A DNA stretch of 64,000 bases from Octopus sinensis (Eukaryota), in contig NC_043001.1 of NCBI RefSeq assembly GCF_006345805.1, forward strand, positions 30,566,001 through 30,630,000. Reading direction: 5' to 3'. Made by a program: the position numbers and the translations under genes. Shown here in pieces: positions 1-13,850 of this stretch (position 1 is the first letter of the stretch; every line of letters begins with the position of its first letter). Below the pieces are notes generated by a model. It made no database searches and was not told where the DNA came from. It saw only the letters and a list, made by a program, of their open reading frames with translations.

Positions 1-32
1 TGTGTTCCTTTTCAACCTTCTACATACATACA

Positions 33-68
<36 letters not shown>

Positions 69-95
69 TATGTATATATATATATAATATATATG

Positions 96-162
<67 letters not shown>

Positions 163-259
163 ACAAATGGTAAAATTAATTAAGAAGTAATCAATAATTT
201 CACCAAGTAGAATTCGGCATGAAAAAGGACCATTTCATGGTAAACTTAAGTAATACTTA

Positions 260-806
260 ATAATTAGAGTTCAGCAAAGATTTGCTTTACCACATACCGA
301 AGTTTAGAAATAGCAGCCAAAAAAAGCCTTAGCTATTTCTTCTACTTTAAAAAGGGACTCCCACAAAAACCAAAATACTTGAAAACAATCCACACAGGCA
401 GAGAGGAAAAGTAACAAAAATCAATCAATATCTGGTCACCCATGTACTTGTGTTTCGGAATTAGATCGGTATAAAGAATATAGAATTATACTTTACTGTT
501 CCAGTACCTTCGAATTTAATATTTCAATATTTAATATTGTTGGAGTCCCATGCTGATGAAGAAAATGGTTAGTAAAGTATAATTCTATATTCTTTATACC
601 GATCTAATTCCGAAACGCGCGTACATGGGTGACCAGATATTGATTGATTTTTGTTACTTTTCCTCTCTGCCTGAGTGGATTGTTTTCAAGTATTTTGGTT
701 TTTCTGGGAGTCCCTTTTTAAAGTAGAAGAAATAGCTAAGGCTTTTTGGCAGCTATTTCTAAACTTCGGTATGTGGTAAAGCAAATCTTTGCTGAACGCT
801 AATTAC
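260..806. mobile_element. Inverted-repeat (fold-back) PLE-type terminal unit between (TA)n tracts
   Basis: Arms ~260-497 and ~571-806 are near-perfect reverse complements. The right part carries a hammerhead motif. Confidence 0.75.
547..629 (+). ncRNA. Minimal type I hammerhead ribozyme motif
   Basis: CCCATG-CTGATGA-(imperfect stem II)-GAAAC-GCGC-GTA-CATGGG. Helix I is CCCATG/CATGGG, with a palindromic GCGC loop III. Confidence 0.8.
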
Positions 807-850
<44 letters not shown>

Positions 851-1149
851 TAATCCAAACAAGAAAACACAATAAAACCAAAAAAAAACACAACAATGCA
901 AGGACGTGGAACAAATAAGGAAAGAAGGGAAGAAGGAGGGTTTAACGTTTCTTCGTCGGTAACATAGGAGAAGGAAAGATCCAGAGAAGGGATACACACA
1001 CACACACACACAAATATATATATATATATATACATATCATTCATTTTTCATTCATTTCCATTTTATCTAGTTTCAGCTCATGAGCTGTGGCCAAAACTGT
1101 GGCAATACTGGGGGCACCACCTTGAATGTTGAGTTTGACCTATGATGTG

Positions 1150-1930
1150 CTTGTGCATTAAGTTTTAACGTTCTAGCTCACTTCTGATGTTTACAGCAGT
1201 GCTTGGAGGGAAGGTGTGTAGCGTGTGATCATCGCATTGACCAAGACAGAGGAAGTTGTCATGGTGATACCTGCACAGAGGCCTACATAAAGTTGCAGAA
1301 AGTGTATGGAGAGGAGTGTATGAGCTGCACACAAGTGCATGAGTGGTCCAGATGTTTACAAGATGACCAAAAAAATGTTGAAAATGACTAACCTTCTGAG
1401 AGACTTGCAACCAGCAGAACTGAGAAAAGCTTTGCAGATGTGCATGCAGCTTTGAGGAGAAATCTTCAAATCACCATCCATGAGTTATCAGAGGATGTGC
1501 AGATTAGTTACAGGTCCGTTCAGTCCATTATCACAGAAGATTTGGGTATGAGACGTGTGTCTCAGAAGTTTGTGCCAAAACTGCTTTCAGCTGACCAAAA
1601 AGACACTCAGGTTTCAGTTGCACAAGATTTCCTTGATTGTGTCAAGAACGATGGAAACTTTTTGAAAACTTTGTGTAGGCCTCTGAGCAGGCATTGCCAA
1701 GCTTTTGACAAAATTTGATGCAGATTCTCTGCTCGGCTTTCTCTGTTATGGTCAATGTAATGATCACACACTACACACCTTCCTTCCAAGCACTGCTGTA
1801 AACAGTGGAAGTGAGCTAGAACATTAAAACTTAGTGTACATGCACAGCAGAGTTCAAAGTCAATCTGTACCAAACAGCTTCACCCTGTATGCTTTAGCTT
1901 CATTACTATGGCAACAGTCTGGATACTTAC
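1150..1930 (+). mobile_element. Decayed mariner element, 5'-5' fold-back derivative
   Basis: Broken transposase N-terminus (KVYGEECMS..VHEW; ITIHELSED..SVQSIITEDLGMRRVSQKFVPKLL). ~1730-1840 is an inverted copy of ~1150-1255. Confidence 0.8.
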
Positions 1931-2181
1931 TGATCAGACAAACTTCTAAGTTAAGGGGACGTAAACACACCAACATTGGTTGTCATGTGGCTTGGTGGGA
2001 ACAAACACAAACACAAACACACATGCACATGTGCACACATACACATGTACACACACACACACACACCATTGATAACAAAGAGGAGAGTGAAAATTTATTG
2101 ACATCCAAAACTTTTCGACTGCTTAAATATCTCTGACCTACATATGTTATCCACCAGGATAATTTTTCTCTTTTATATGCG

Positions 2182-2244
<63 letters not shown>

Positions 2245-2799
2245 CACACACACACAACACACACACACACAATGGGATTCTTTCAGTTTCTGTCTCTCAA
2301 ATCCACTCACAAGGCTTTGGTCAGCCCAAGGCTATAATAGAAGACACTTGCTCACGGTGCCATGCACTGGAACTAAATCTGGAACCATGTGCTTGGGAAG
2401 CAATATTCTTGCCACACAGGCATATATGTATGTGGTCCGTTCTATTTCAAGATTTCTTGCCAATAGAGAAAGAGCTAGTTTCTATCCTAGATTCAACATC
2501 AACAATAGGGTATTTCTGTTTTTTATGTATGTATATATGTAAGCCAAAATATATATTATGTGTATAAGGCACACACACACACACACACTCATATGTCTGT
2601 ATGTACGATTCAGTTGTAAATTATGTAATCCAAAGGCTGAGAATTTCATACATTGTACTCATCGAAGTTTGATAAGGGAAATGTAAAAAACTCTTGACCC
2701 TTGAGTCACTTATATAACTTTACACCAAACCAAAGTATATATATATATATATATAAGAATAAAAGTATAAAGGAACAAAGAATATATATATATATATAT

Positions 2800-4290
2800 G
2801 TATTATATTAAATTAGAGATAAAACCACTATTAGGCAAATCATACAATGAAAAACTTAAGCCAATACATAAGATTAATTAATTTATATTATTTAAATATA
2901 TATCAAAATTATTAAAAGAGATAATTAATATAACACTACGATCGTTTCATGGCTGTTCAATTCTTAAAATTTCGAGTTACAGTCATTCTTCAGGTGGTTT
3001 ACATATCAGACTCTATATTCAATAAACCATTAAATATTTATTAAAAATATATTTAGTAATAAAATATTTAGTAATAAAATGAACAACCATCTATAATCTA
3101 ACTATAATTAAAAACAGAACCTAAATAACTAAAATAAACTAATATAATAAATCACCTGGTATATTTATAATACTATTACATAAAACAACAAATAGGGAGC
3201 TAATTAAGGCTAAGAAATAATCATTATTTATCAAGAAATTTATTATATAAAGTAAAGTAACTGTGTCTGCATTTTATTTTGCGCTCATACACAGGTATTC
3301 AGTAAATTATCATGCTTATAAAGTAAAATTTCTTTAAACTCATTAGAACAAAATAACAAAAATTCGCTCCTATAGTAATGATTTAGTTTACTTACTATTT
3401 CCCAAGATAAATCATAATTAATATTTTGGGATTTAAGTCTCTAAATGTACTTGCTAAGTCCAGTGGAGTTAATTAGTTTTATTTTTAAATGAATTCCACA
3501 GTTGTGCGATTCTTATTTTATTTTAGAGGAAGTGGACCCTATTATATAACGCGTTTGAGTTATATTATTTTTTTTTCTATTATCTTATCATGTAATGTAA
3601 CTATACATTATACACTACATCGTAATATCACATTTATTATTAATTTACATTAGTTTTATCTCTTAATTAGTGTCTTGTCTTTATTGGTATTATATATAAT
3701 TTATTTTTACAAAAATTATTCAGTTTAATTTTTAAAAGAAGAAATAATGTTACCTACACTATTAGTGGTGGAATAACCTACTCCAAAATTATTAATGCAG
3801 AAAATGTTTATATTTACGATTATCTTGAATAAATTGTTCAATAATATCTAAAATCTCTTTAATAATGTTCGGTTTAACTTGAGCCACCATAAGGAACTAT
3901 AAACCAAATTTTATTCTTATTTTCCTCTTATTATTAAAACTGTCATTATTATTGTTATTATTATATTTCTTATCATATTAATATATATTATCAGATTTAG
4001 ATTTATAATTAATATTTAAGAATTATTAAAGGTATTAATTTTATTTATTCTTATTTTTATTTATATTATTTTTATTTTATAATTCTAATATTATTTCCAC
4101 TATTACTAACAAAATTATTATAATTATTATTAATATTTTTTATCTCTAATATTATTAGTTATATCTTTATCTTTATTTTTAATAAAAAATTAATATTACT
4201 ATTATAACCTGCCTCTCTAAGGGCCTCATTGTAATAAGAGCATGTTTATTTCCAGACATGATTTTTCCCTGTAAGTTGGATTTATTCCCT
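2800..4290 (-). mobile_element. Decayed Penelope-like element (RT thumb to GIY-YIG and 3' end)
   Basis: Minus-strand remnants YYNEALREAGY (~4205-4237), a YIGST-like motif (~3530-3548) and EILLYKHDNLLN..KCRH (~3260-3340), followed by an HHR in the same sense. Confidence 0.75.
2932..2998 (-). ncRNA. Minimal hammerhead ribozyme motif at PLE 3' end
   Basis: Minus strand: CAC-CTGAAGA-ATGACTGT...ACAGCCAT-GAAAC-GATC-GTA-GTG. Confidence 0.8.
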
Positions 4291-4300
4291 AATATTTTAT

Positions 4301-4341
<41 letters not shown>

Positions 4342-4982
4342 ATTATCTTTCCTTGTTTTTATTTCCATGTTTTATAATGGGGGCATATTATAAGCAAGCT
4401 ACATGTATATCTTTCATCTTTCATTTGTTTCAGTCATTAGACTGTGGCCAAGCTGGGGCACTGCCTTGAATTTTGAATCAAATGAATCAACCTCAGTACT
4501 TCTCTTCTTATTTATTCCCGGTACTTATTCTATCAGTTACTTTTGCCGAACCACTAAGTCACAGGGATGCAAACACACCAGCGACAGTTATCAAGTAGTG
4601 TGGGGAAACAAACATAGACACAAAGACACACACACATACATACATACATACATACACACACACACATACATACATACATATATATAAGGGGCGAATGGGT
4701 TATTTCCCTTGGTTTTTAAAATAAAATATATTAGATATATATAAGGATCCCTTTCAGGGGCCCTATTATCGATTTTTTTTTATCAACAATCTGAGTATGC
4801 TATGAGGTTTCCCGACATGAGTTCTACTCACATGTCAAGTTTCATGAAATTCGATAAAACATTTGCTGGAGTTAGTTAACAACTCCACAAACACACCCAC
4901 AGATAGAATTTCCCGCATATGTAGTAGATACACACACACACGCACACATATACACTACACATACATATACATACCCCTCCCC

Positions 4983-5013
<31 letters not shown>

Positions 5014-5606
5014 GACATATACACACACACGCATATATACACTACATATACATATACACACATCTTATATATATATATAGACACACACGCATATATATAC
5101 TACACACATATATATACATCCACACACATATTTTATATGTGTATATATATATATATATACATACATGCACGCACACACGTACGTGTGCGCGCAACACATT
5201 AATCATAGTGCACAGTATTATGTATATGTATCCATTACAGGTGATCTTAAAAATCGGTTTCACACTCACCCCCATTAAAAAATTGGGTTATCTCCCCACT
5301 AAAAAAAATCGAGTTAATGTAGCGACAAGAGATTGGATTAAAAAGTTAGATCCTTTTGATTCAATACTTCAACACGTTTGTTGACGTTTGGGATCTTTTC
5401 CCTTTGAACGGCAGTTTTCAACACAATTTCTAGTTAACTAAACACTTTTAAACTTCGTATACTGGTAAAATGTGTCAAAATAAAACATTTTGTTTCTCTT
5501 GGCTTTCTTGAGAAAATTGTAATTTGTAAAGGCATGGTATGATTTGTTATAAAAATGTTATCAGATTCAATAAGATGGTTAAATTTTTCAGTTTTCATAT
5601 TTATTC

Positions 5607-5998
5607 GGCGCACATGGCGGAGACGTAAACGGACCCTTCCCCACCTTAAAAAAAAAATTTCTTTTTTTACGGAATCCCACGTTTTCAGCGATGGAAATTC
5701 CGATTCTGAAAAAATTTTCAAAAATCGCCCAAAAGTTTTCTAAGTTCACCCCCCCCCCCACCAATTCCCCTATTTAAATTTTTTTTTCCAAATACTTAGA
5801 AAAATACGGAGAAAAAATTGTAAATTAAAAAAAAAAAAAATTACCCCAACCCCTCCCGATTCTAAGCAGGCTATCCACAAAGGAGAAAAACAATTTCCCT
5901 TTGTCACAGTATTTCCATAGAATCTCCCTAATCGAAAACGTGGGATTCCGTAAAAAACAGTGGGGGAGTGGTCCGTTTACGTCTCCGCCATGTGCGCC
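5607..5998. mobile_element. MITE / non-autonomous DNA transposon
   Basis: TIR GGCGCACATGGCGGAGACGTAAACGGACC at both ends, plus sub-terminal inverted TTTTTTACGGAATCCCACGTTTTC. Confidence 0.85.
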
Positions 5999-6012
5999 CT
6001 CAGATGATTAGC

Positions 6013-6047
<35 letters not shown>

Positions 6048-6101
6048 ATATATATAAATATGTATGTATGTATATATATATATATATATGTATGTATAAT
6101 A

Positions 6102-6136
<35 letters not shown>

Positions 6137-7417
6137 GTGTGTGTGTGTAATGTACAGTATACGTATGTTACAGTAAATGTGCTTTTGTTGTTCGTGAATC
6201 TATGGGCTGTCGTCTAAAGACATATGCAAGTGTTTAATTATTGAGACAACTGTCACGAGATTATATATTTAGTCATGTGAGATAGTGAAAGCATGTATTA
6301 ATCGACAAGTTCCGTGAGAAAATCTTTGAGAATTATTGAGATAAATAACTTACAGTGTAAGAAAGTTCTGCCTGTTTATATATTAAAACACATTTTCGTC
6401 TCATGGAATATCATGCAGTAATATTTTTCACCTACATAAATAAATCTGAACATTTATACTTTAGTTAGAATATTTATTTTATTTTATGTGTTTCGGAAAT
6501 GATCAGACGAATATGTTTTAATATAGAAACTGAAAATCTTTTATACTTCTATGCTTGTACTAAAACATTTAAGACGTTTTCTCAGTTTCTTAAATAATTT
6601 TCTTAATTTTTTTCTCAGATAATACACTGTTCCACTATTTCACATCTCTCTTTCTCTCTCACACACACACACAAACACGTATGTATGTATGTGTCAGGTC
6701 ACTTTCCAGGTCGTCGGCGACTAAACCGGCAACCCCACCAAGCTTGCTTTGTGAGGAGGGTGTTTATTGGACACCCTGCGGGATGAAAAACAAAATCCGT
6801 CAAAGGGCGGAGGAACTCTCGAGAGTCAACGGCCATCCAATAAATGCCTTAAGGCTGTATCATGCGCGGGGACATAGAAATAATCGGACTGAATACGCGA
6901 TCGTGCGGTTAAACCATTGGGAGTGAAGGACTCCTAGCCTTTGTTAGGGCATCCTTCTAGGAGAAGGTAACTCAGGTAACTGGGATAACTCCAACATAAA
7001 ACCTGTGGCTCAGTGGCTACCGATGATGTTGACTTGTTCTTCTTTTCGGATTATGGCTGCTGTTGCTTAGTGAGTGGGATTGACTCAGTGCACAGCCTTT
7101 CCTCACTTAAAAAAAAATTTTCTTGCACAGGCATTGCTCGATAACAACATTGATTAAGCTTCGTGCAATGGCCATACTCGATAACGAGGGGGCAGCCACC
7201 ATGTATAGATGGATGGATGGATGTACATATATATTAAAGCAAATATACACAGCAAACAACTAAAAACAGAATAGTAGAAGGTTAATATTATTACGTTGAT
7301 GCTCAAAGAGGGTGTAAAAGTTATAGAATAAAATTTACCTTTCGAATATTGTTCTTCGTCGGATACTAGAGGCAAATTCATGAACGTCTGATTACAAACA
7401 CACACACACACACACAC

Positions 7418-7515
7418 AAATAAGCAGAAAATGGAGAAAACTTTTGATGAATAAACAAATTGACCACTATCAATTTCTTTGTTGATTAAAAGTTTTCTCC
7501 ATTTTCTGCTTATTT
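7418..7515. repeat. ~100-bp near-perfect palindrome
   Basis: AAATAAGCAGAAAATGGAGAAAACTTTT...AAAAGTTTTCTCCATTTTCTGCTTATTT with a partly paired centre. Confidence 0.85.
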
Positions 7516-7719
7516 TAAATTTATTTCCTGATAAACTCTTCTTTATTCTGTTATTACCTGTACCCTATGAGCATAGTGTGCTTGCATACCCATGCCCAGG
7601 GTTAACATAGGTAATTGATACCGGTAGTTAGAACGGATATTCTTATCCCTTAAATGGTTATTCCAACCGCTAACGCTATTTACTTATATATATATTATAT
7701 ATATATATATATATATAAT

Positions 7720-8325
7720 AGTACGTTTAAATATTTGTTGTGCAATATTTTTATGTGAAGTCGTGTGTTGAAACAGATATTGTTATATTCGGAATGGTCA
7801 TTTTGCCAGTTTAGCCATAAAAACACACGCACTATATATTTGGTGTTATTTTGCTTCAGTGTTATTTATTTTTTACATTTACATTAATCTTAATTTATTT
7901 CGGCCAGAGTTCTTCTCGTCACACTCCTGTGACCGCATCAGTGGTCCTTTGTTTTCTTCTTTCTTATTTGTGTCTCTCCTTACTAACGTCAGCCATTTAT
8001 TTTGTTATTACCTGTACCCTATGAGCATAGTGTGCTTGCATACCCATGCCCAGGGTTAACATAGGTAATTGATACCGGTAGTAAGAACGGATATTCTTAT
8101 CCCTTAAATGGCTGACGGTTAATAAGAAGAGACACAAATAAGAAAGAAGAAAACAAAGGACCACTGATGCGGTCACAGGAGTGTGACGAAAGAACTCTGG
8201 CCGAAATAAGATTAAGATTAATGTAAAAAATAAATAACACTGAAGCAAAATAACACCAAATATATAGTGCGAGTGTTTTTATTGGCTAAACTGGCAAAAT
8301 GACCATTCCGAAATATAACAATATA
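7720..8325. mobile_element. Inverted-repeat unit with variant hammerhead-like motif in each arm
   Basis: Arms ~7777-7998 and ~8105-8324. The spacer 8003-8110 is also present at ~7550-7660. Motif at ~8158-8202: GGACCA-CTGATGCG-GTCACA..TGTGAC-GAAA-GAACTC-TGGCC. Confidence 0.7.
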
Positions 8326-8454
8326 TAATATAATATATATATATATATATAATTTGTGAAAACAAAATTCCAAATCAATCAGGTGTAACCCTACACCGTT
8401 ATATGCATCTACATATCGTACTTTGGTCTTATTTAACGTATATTTATATAGAGT

Positions 8455-8840
8455 CGGTGTGTGGTAAGAAGCTTGCTTACCAACCACATGGTTCCGGGTT
8501 CAGTCCCACTGCGTGGCACCTTGGGCTAGTGTCTTCTACTATAGCCTCGGGCCGACCAAAGCCTTGTGAGTGGATATGGTAGACGGAAACTGAAAGAAGC
8601 CCGTTGTATATATATATGTATGTGTGTGTGTATGTATGTTTGTGTGTATGTTTGCCCCCCAACATCGCTTGACAACCGATGCTGGTGTGTTTGCGTCCCC
8701 GTCACTTAGCAGTTCGGCAAGAAAGACCGATAGAATAAGGACTAGGCTTACAAAGAATAAGTCCTGGGGTCGATCTGCTCGACTAATGGCGGTGCTCCAG
8801 CATGGCCACTGTCAAATGACTGAAACAAATAAAAGAATAA
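8455..8840 (+). mobile_element. tRNA-derived SINE (abundant family)
   Basis: Head GTGTGGTAAG..GGTTCAGTCCC, core ACCTTGGGC.AGTGTC, tail GAATAAG..CCAGCATGGCC..GAAACAA. Other copies at ~28610-28957(-), 42370-43790(+), 45441-45842(+), 46139-46462(+), 55181-55568(-), 55813-56195(+), 58860-59277(+). Confidence 0.85.
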
Positions 8841-9555
8841 AAGAAAATATAAAAAGTATCTGATATAAGTCAGTATTCAATTTCTGGAGATTAATCGATA
8901 TGCGGGTATATCTGACAGTAAACTCATGGTATCAGTTTGCACATCACGAAATAACACTAAAAGGATATAACCTAAATTATCAACTATATAATATACTTCA
9001 TTAATTATATCTTGCATTATGACCCGTCTTTGCCGGGTCATAGTGCTAGTGCACGTATATATGTGTATATATATGTGTACATATTACATATACATCTATA
9101 TATATATACATCTACACATAAAATACAAAATACAAAGTTATATCTTGATATCGCTAGTGATAACAATACTGAAAATATATAACAGACTGGAATTATAGGA
9201 CTATTCCAGTTCTGCACGCTAATTTTATTTTTAATTTATTCCCATTCATGTGAAACCACTTATTCAAGTTCAAATCCTTGATGCAATTTTATACCAATTG
9301 CTATTTTTACTTTTGTTATGTTACGATTATATCATACTTTAGTTTGATTTTAATTATTACTTACTACATATAATTCAATTGTTATTATTTTTTTTATTGA
9401 AATTGGTTGTGTAGTTCCCAAGTTTTAGGAAAACACACAGACAGACAGACACACACACACCACACACATTCTCAGTTTTATATATATAGAGATGAAGGAA
9501 CTACGTGTTTCAGTATTGGAAGATTACAATATATGTACATATACCAACTGTATAC

Positions 9556-9586
<31 letters not shown>

Positions 9587-9792
9587 TATATAATATACAG
9601 CACGGACTTTGTCAGTGAAACGGTCGCGGATTTTAGCGACGAAAATATTTTGACAATTAACTTAAATGTTGGAGTGAATCGAACGGCTTTTGTGTGTTCT
9701 TAAATGGCTTATAAACACCTTCCACGCTGCAATTGTTTTCGTTTCAGCACACGATCTCAGATCAAATTACTTGATATGCGAGTACATCTCCG

Positions 9793-9833
<41 letters not shown>

Positions 9834-10565
9834 AATACATATTTGCAATCGTCAGATTTACAATTATTCCAGTACATCTTCAGGTTCTATTTCAAAATAT
9901 TATATATCTAATTTTACATCCCTTTAAAAATAAGCAATATAATTAAACAATAAAGATTAAAAATTACGAATTAGAAATTAAGAATAAAAATTAAGAATAA
10001 ACCTTATACTTTGTAATATTAAGAATTAAAATTTTTTAATTATACATTATAAATATGAATTAGTATATATATCATTCATGTAAAATCAAGTATATGTCAA
10101 ATACAGAATGTGAGAAATAAAATTAAACATCAGAATAAAAATGTCTGTGTTTAAATTTGATATATAACAAGAAAGATTCAAATAATAATCAAATATGTAA
10201 TTCATATATGTATTTGAATTTTTCTTGCGTGTGTTTGTGTTTGTCCCCCATCATCGCTTGACAACCGCTGTTGGTGTGTTTACGTTCCCGTAACTTAGCG
10301 GCTCGGCACAATAGACCGATAGAATAAGTACTAGGCTTACACAGAATAAGCTCTGGGGTCGATTTGTTCAGCTAAAGGCGGTGCTCCAGCATGGCCGCAG
10401 TCAAATGACTGAAACGAGTAAAAGAAAAAAGAAAGAATATCTATATGTATGTATAAATATATTTATCTATCTATCTATCTATCTATCTATTTATCTATCT
10501 ATCTATCGTTTGTAGAAAAAATAAATCCAGAGAAGCACACTCTGGGTGGGGGAAGGCCGGTTTAT

Positions 10566-10625
10566 GGGATCACCTTAGGTTCCCTGTCCATAAGGGTTTA
10601 GCTTTATGGCGTATCGTCAGACCCC
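10566..10625 (-). ncRNA. Hammerhead motif (degenerate), same family as the PLE pLTR at 25.3/28.3 kb
   Basis: Minus strand: GGGGT-CTGACGA-tacgCCATAAAG..CTTATGGacag-GGAACC-TAA-GGTG-ATCCC. A partial inverted copy follows at ~10628-10667. Confidence 0.6.
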
Positions 10626-10900
10626 ATTACGGACGGGAAACCTAAGTAATCGTATAAGTCAGCCTTCTACATTATATATATATATATATATATATATGAA
10701 GTATATATAAAAATACAAAATGGGACAAGAACGCAAAACATTCAAATAGATGACACAAAAAACGAACGGGTCCACTGATTTGTTCTGCTTTTTTATGTTT
10801 AACCCTACAGTCTCTTATGTGGTGGTTTAATAAAGTATGTGATTGAGTATTATCTGGTAATTAATATTTGATTTAGATGTATTTCTCCATTTTCTTATCT

Positions 10901-10946
<46 letters not shown>

Positions 10947-11265
10947 AATACACACACACACGCACACACATACAAATATATATACATATATGTGTGTGTG
11001 TGTAAGATCCAGGGATTGAGGTGTAGAAGAAAGTTAGCTTCAAGCAATCCGTAGTTAATATAGAAAAAGCAACTTTCAGGGACAATAGTAGTTTATTGAG
11101 AGAGAATATAGTGTATTATTTTCGTATCGAAGTAGGACAAACTGAAAAAAAGTTCTTTTTATATTTCACGGTAGGCGACTTGGGTTGCCGGGTGTATTAA
11201 TAAAGAAACAAGAGTTATAGAATGGAGTTGATAAGACCCGGGCTACAAATGTGTTAAATATCCTT

Positions 11266-11349
11266 GGCCTGAAGAGTAGCCTGCAATATACACCTCGCCT
11301 AGATATTTACCACCTCTGAGGTTGCGCTCGCTATGAAATATATGTAGCC
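11266..11349 (+). ncRNA. Minimal hammerhead ribozyme motif
   Basis: GGC-CTGAAGA-GTAGC...GCTAT-GAAA-T-ATAT-GTA-GCC. Its 3' flank has an inverted copy at ~11223-11247. Confidence 0.7.
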
Positions 11350-11734
11350 CGGATCTTATCTATTCCAAGTTTCTCATTGATCTCTTTTAAATGTTATATA
11401 TCTATTCAGCGACAAAAATATGCGTCCATCCAAGTTAACAAAGACTTATGACCAAGAGACGGCTTGATAAAGCCAAAAATAGAGTTAAGTATAAGCCTTA
11501 AGATAAAGAAATCTAGTTTGTTTGTTCTATGACACTTAGCATAGTCACGAGTATATGAGAATGTCATGTGGTTACTTTCTCTCCGCCGATAACATGTATA
11601 ATTTAAACTATTATACAGTATGTGTAAATACATACACGCACGCACAAAAATAGTGATTACATATATGTACACAAACACTTTTGAAGTTTGTGTGTGTGTC
11701 TGTGTGCGTATGTGTGTTTGCGTGAGTGAATATA

Positions 11735-11935
11735 TACGAAGGGTGCTGAAAAGTTCATAGTTTTGGGTAAAAAAAAACACAGGAGGATCAGTTAATAATG
11801 ATTTTAGTCAACATATTCTCCCCTCAGATTCACACACTTATTGCAGTGGCCTTCAGTTTTTCTAAGCCCTGTAAAAGAACTCGGAAGTTAGGGCCTCCAG
11901 CCTGGCCTTTCGCGACACCCTTAAAGCCAGAAACT
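11735..11935 (+). mobile_element. Mariner-type terminal fragment
   Basis: TA-CGAAGGGTGCTGAAAAGTTC resembles a mariner TIR. Confidence 0.5.
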
Positions 11936-11972
11936 TTTTACCCCCCCCCTCTCTCTCTACACACACACACAC

Positions 11973-12024
<52 letters not shown>

Positions 12025-12247
12025 TATACACATATATACACACACATATACATTACATGATGGCTGCCCCCTCGTTATCGAATATGGCCATTGCACGAAG
12101 CTTAACTGTTATTGGTGCTGTGATCGAATGTGACTTTTTAGCCCAGCTAGAGATCTACAATGTCTTGTACAGAATTGGCAGCTAAAACATTACATACATA
12201 CATACATACATACCTACATACACACACACATACGTGTGTGGGTGTGT

Positions 12248-12620
12248 GGAGGCGCAATGGCCCAGTGGTTTGGGTAGCGGACTCGCGGTCGTAGGATCGC
12301 GGTTTCGATTCGTAGACTGGGCGTTGTGAGTGTTTATAGAGCGAAAACACCTAAATTCCCTCGAGGCTCCGGCAAGGGGTGGTGGTGAACCCTACTGTAC
12401 TCTTTTTCACCACAACTCTTTCTTCCTGTTTCTGTTGTACCTGTATTTCAAAGGGCCAGCCTTGTCACACTCTGTGTCACGCTGAATCTCCCCGAAAGCT
12501 ACGTTAAGGCTACACGTGTCTGTGGAGTGTTCAACCACTTGCATGTTAATTTCATGAGTAGGCTGTTCCGTTGATCGGATCGACTGGAACCCTCGTCGTT
12601 GTAACCGATGAAGTACCATG
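12248..12620 (+). mobile_element. tRNA-derived SINE (second head type)
   Basis: GGAGGCGCAATGGCCCAGTGG..GGTTTCGATTC A/B boxes. The same head occurs at ~26628(-) and ~57812(+). Confidence 0.8.
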
Positions 12621-12635
12621 CTATATATTTATATA

Positions 12636-12995
12636 TTAAGGCGATGTACTTGCATAGCAAGTGACTTGATCTGAGATCGTGTGCTGAAAAAAAAAAAAGC
12701 AATTGCAGCGTGGAAGGTGTTTATAAGCCATTTACCCCCCCCCCCACAAAAAAACCCGTTATGTTTACTTCAACATTTAAATTTAATTTGTGTCAAAATA
12801 TTTTCGTCGCTTTGAAACCGCAACTCGTTCACTGACAAAAATTGAGATGCAGAACGAAATTTTGTTAGTGAACAAGTCGCGGTTTCCAAGCGACGAAAAT
12901 ATCTTGACACAAATTAAATTTAAATGTTGAAGTGAATCTAACAGTTTTTGTATGTTTTTTTAAATGGCTTATAAACACCGTCCATGGTGCAATTC
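12636..12995. mobile_element. Inverted-repeat unit of a family also present at 9605-9796
   Basis: Arms ~12700-12843 and ~12857-12995. Each carries TGTCA-GTGAAC..-GTYGC..GCGAC-GAAA-ATATTT-TGACA. Confidence 0.7.
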
Positions 12996-13029
12996 TTTTA
13001 TACATATATGTGTGTGTGTGTGTGTGTGT

Positions 13030-13338
13030 GTTAAGTTAAGATAAGTTAAGTTAATTTTTTGGCTCAAAAAGCAAATAGCAAGGCCATGTAGGGGGACATG
13101 GAGTTATGTACAGGGAGGGTGTTCATGCAAAGAGTTCAGGCCATTTCTGGTCAAGAGAGACTTTGAACCGAGCGGTCGTCGGCATCTTCACTATCTCGTC
13201 CGGCAGCTTATTCCACGGATCCGCAACCCGGACGGAGAAAGCCCCTCTCCCTCGATTGAGATGAAATCGTCGCAGATAGAGCTTTTCGGAGTGACCCTGC
13301 AGCCGACGCTCTGGAGCAGGAGTGAAGAACAGCTCTTG

Positions 13339-13404
<66 letters not shown>

Positions 13405-13850
13405 TGGATTTGGTAGACGGAAACTGAAAGAAGCCCGTCGCATATATATATACATATATATATGTTGTTTTGAAATTTTTAAGGAACCATCCGGCCAAAC
13501 GTCTGCATTTTATTACTAACTTGGTAATGTGCACCTGGAAAGATGCATCGTTATTCATGTCGATGCCCAGGTCACACACTGATTTTGGTTCAGGATTTGA
13601 AACCCCGCCAGTGTATCCTCTCTGGTTTTCATTGAGCTTCCTGAGTTGGTAGCGCAGGGCTTGGAATTTTCCAGCATTAAACTACATTTTATTTTCTTCA
13701 CCCCATCGGTATATTGCGTCCAACTTACGTCGAAGATACAGGACGTCTCCAGCGTCCTATATCCTCTGAGAGACTTTGGTATCGTCTGCATAGCTAGCAA
13801 GGATGTCTACTTGAGTAGGTGAGGGCATGTCAGGGGTGGGGGCACTATGA
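13030..13850 (-). mobile_element. CR1/L2-like LINE fragments (RT C-terminus and 3' end), interrupted by a SINE piece
   Basis: RRLQGHSEKL..FSVRVADPWNKLP..FKVSLD and DLGIDMNND.SFQVHI..RLAGW, with a short tandem-repeat tail at ~13030-13055. Confidence 0.75.

Noticed and set aside
6715-7200. HDV-like ribozyme in a putative LINE 5' leader
   Set aside because: The region looks like a retroelement 5' UTR, but I could not assemble the nested pseudoknot by eye.
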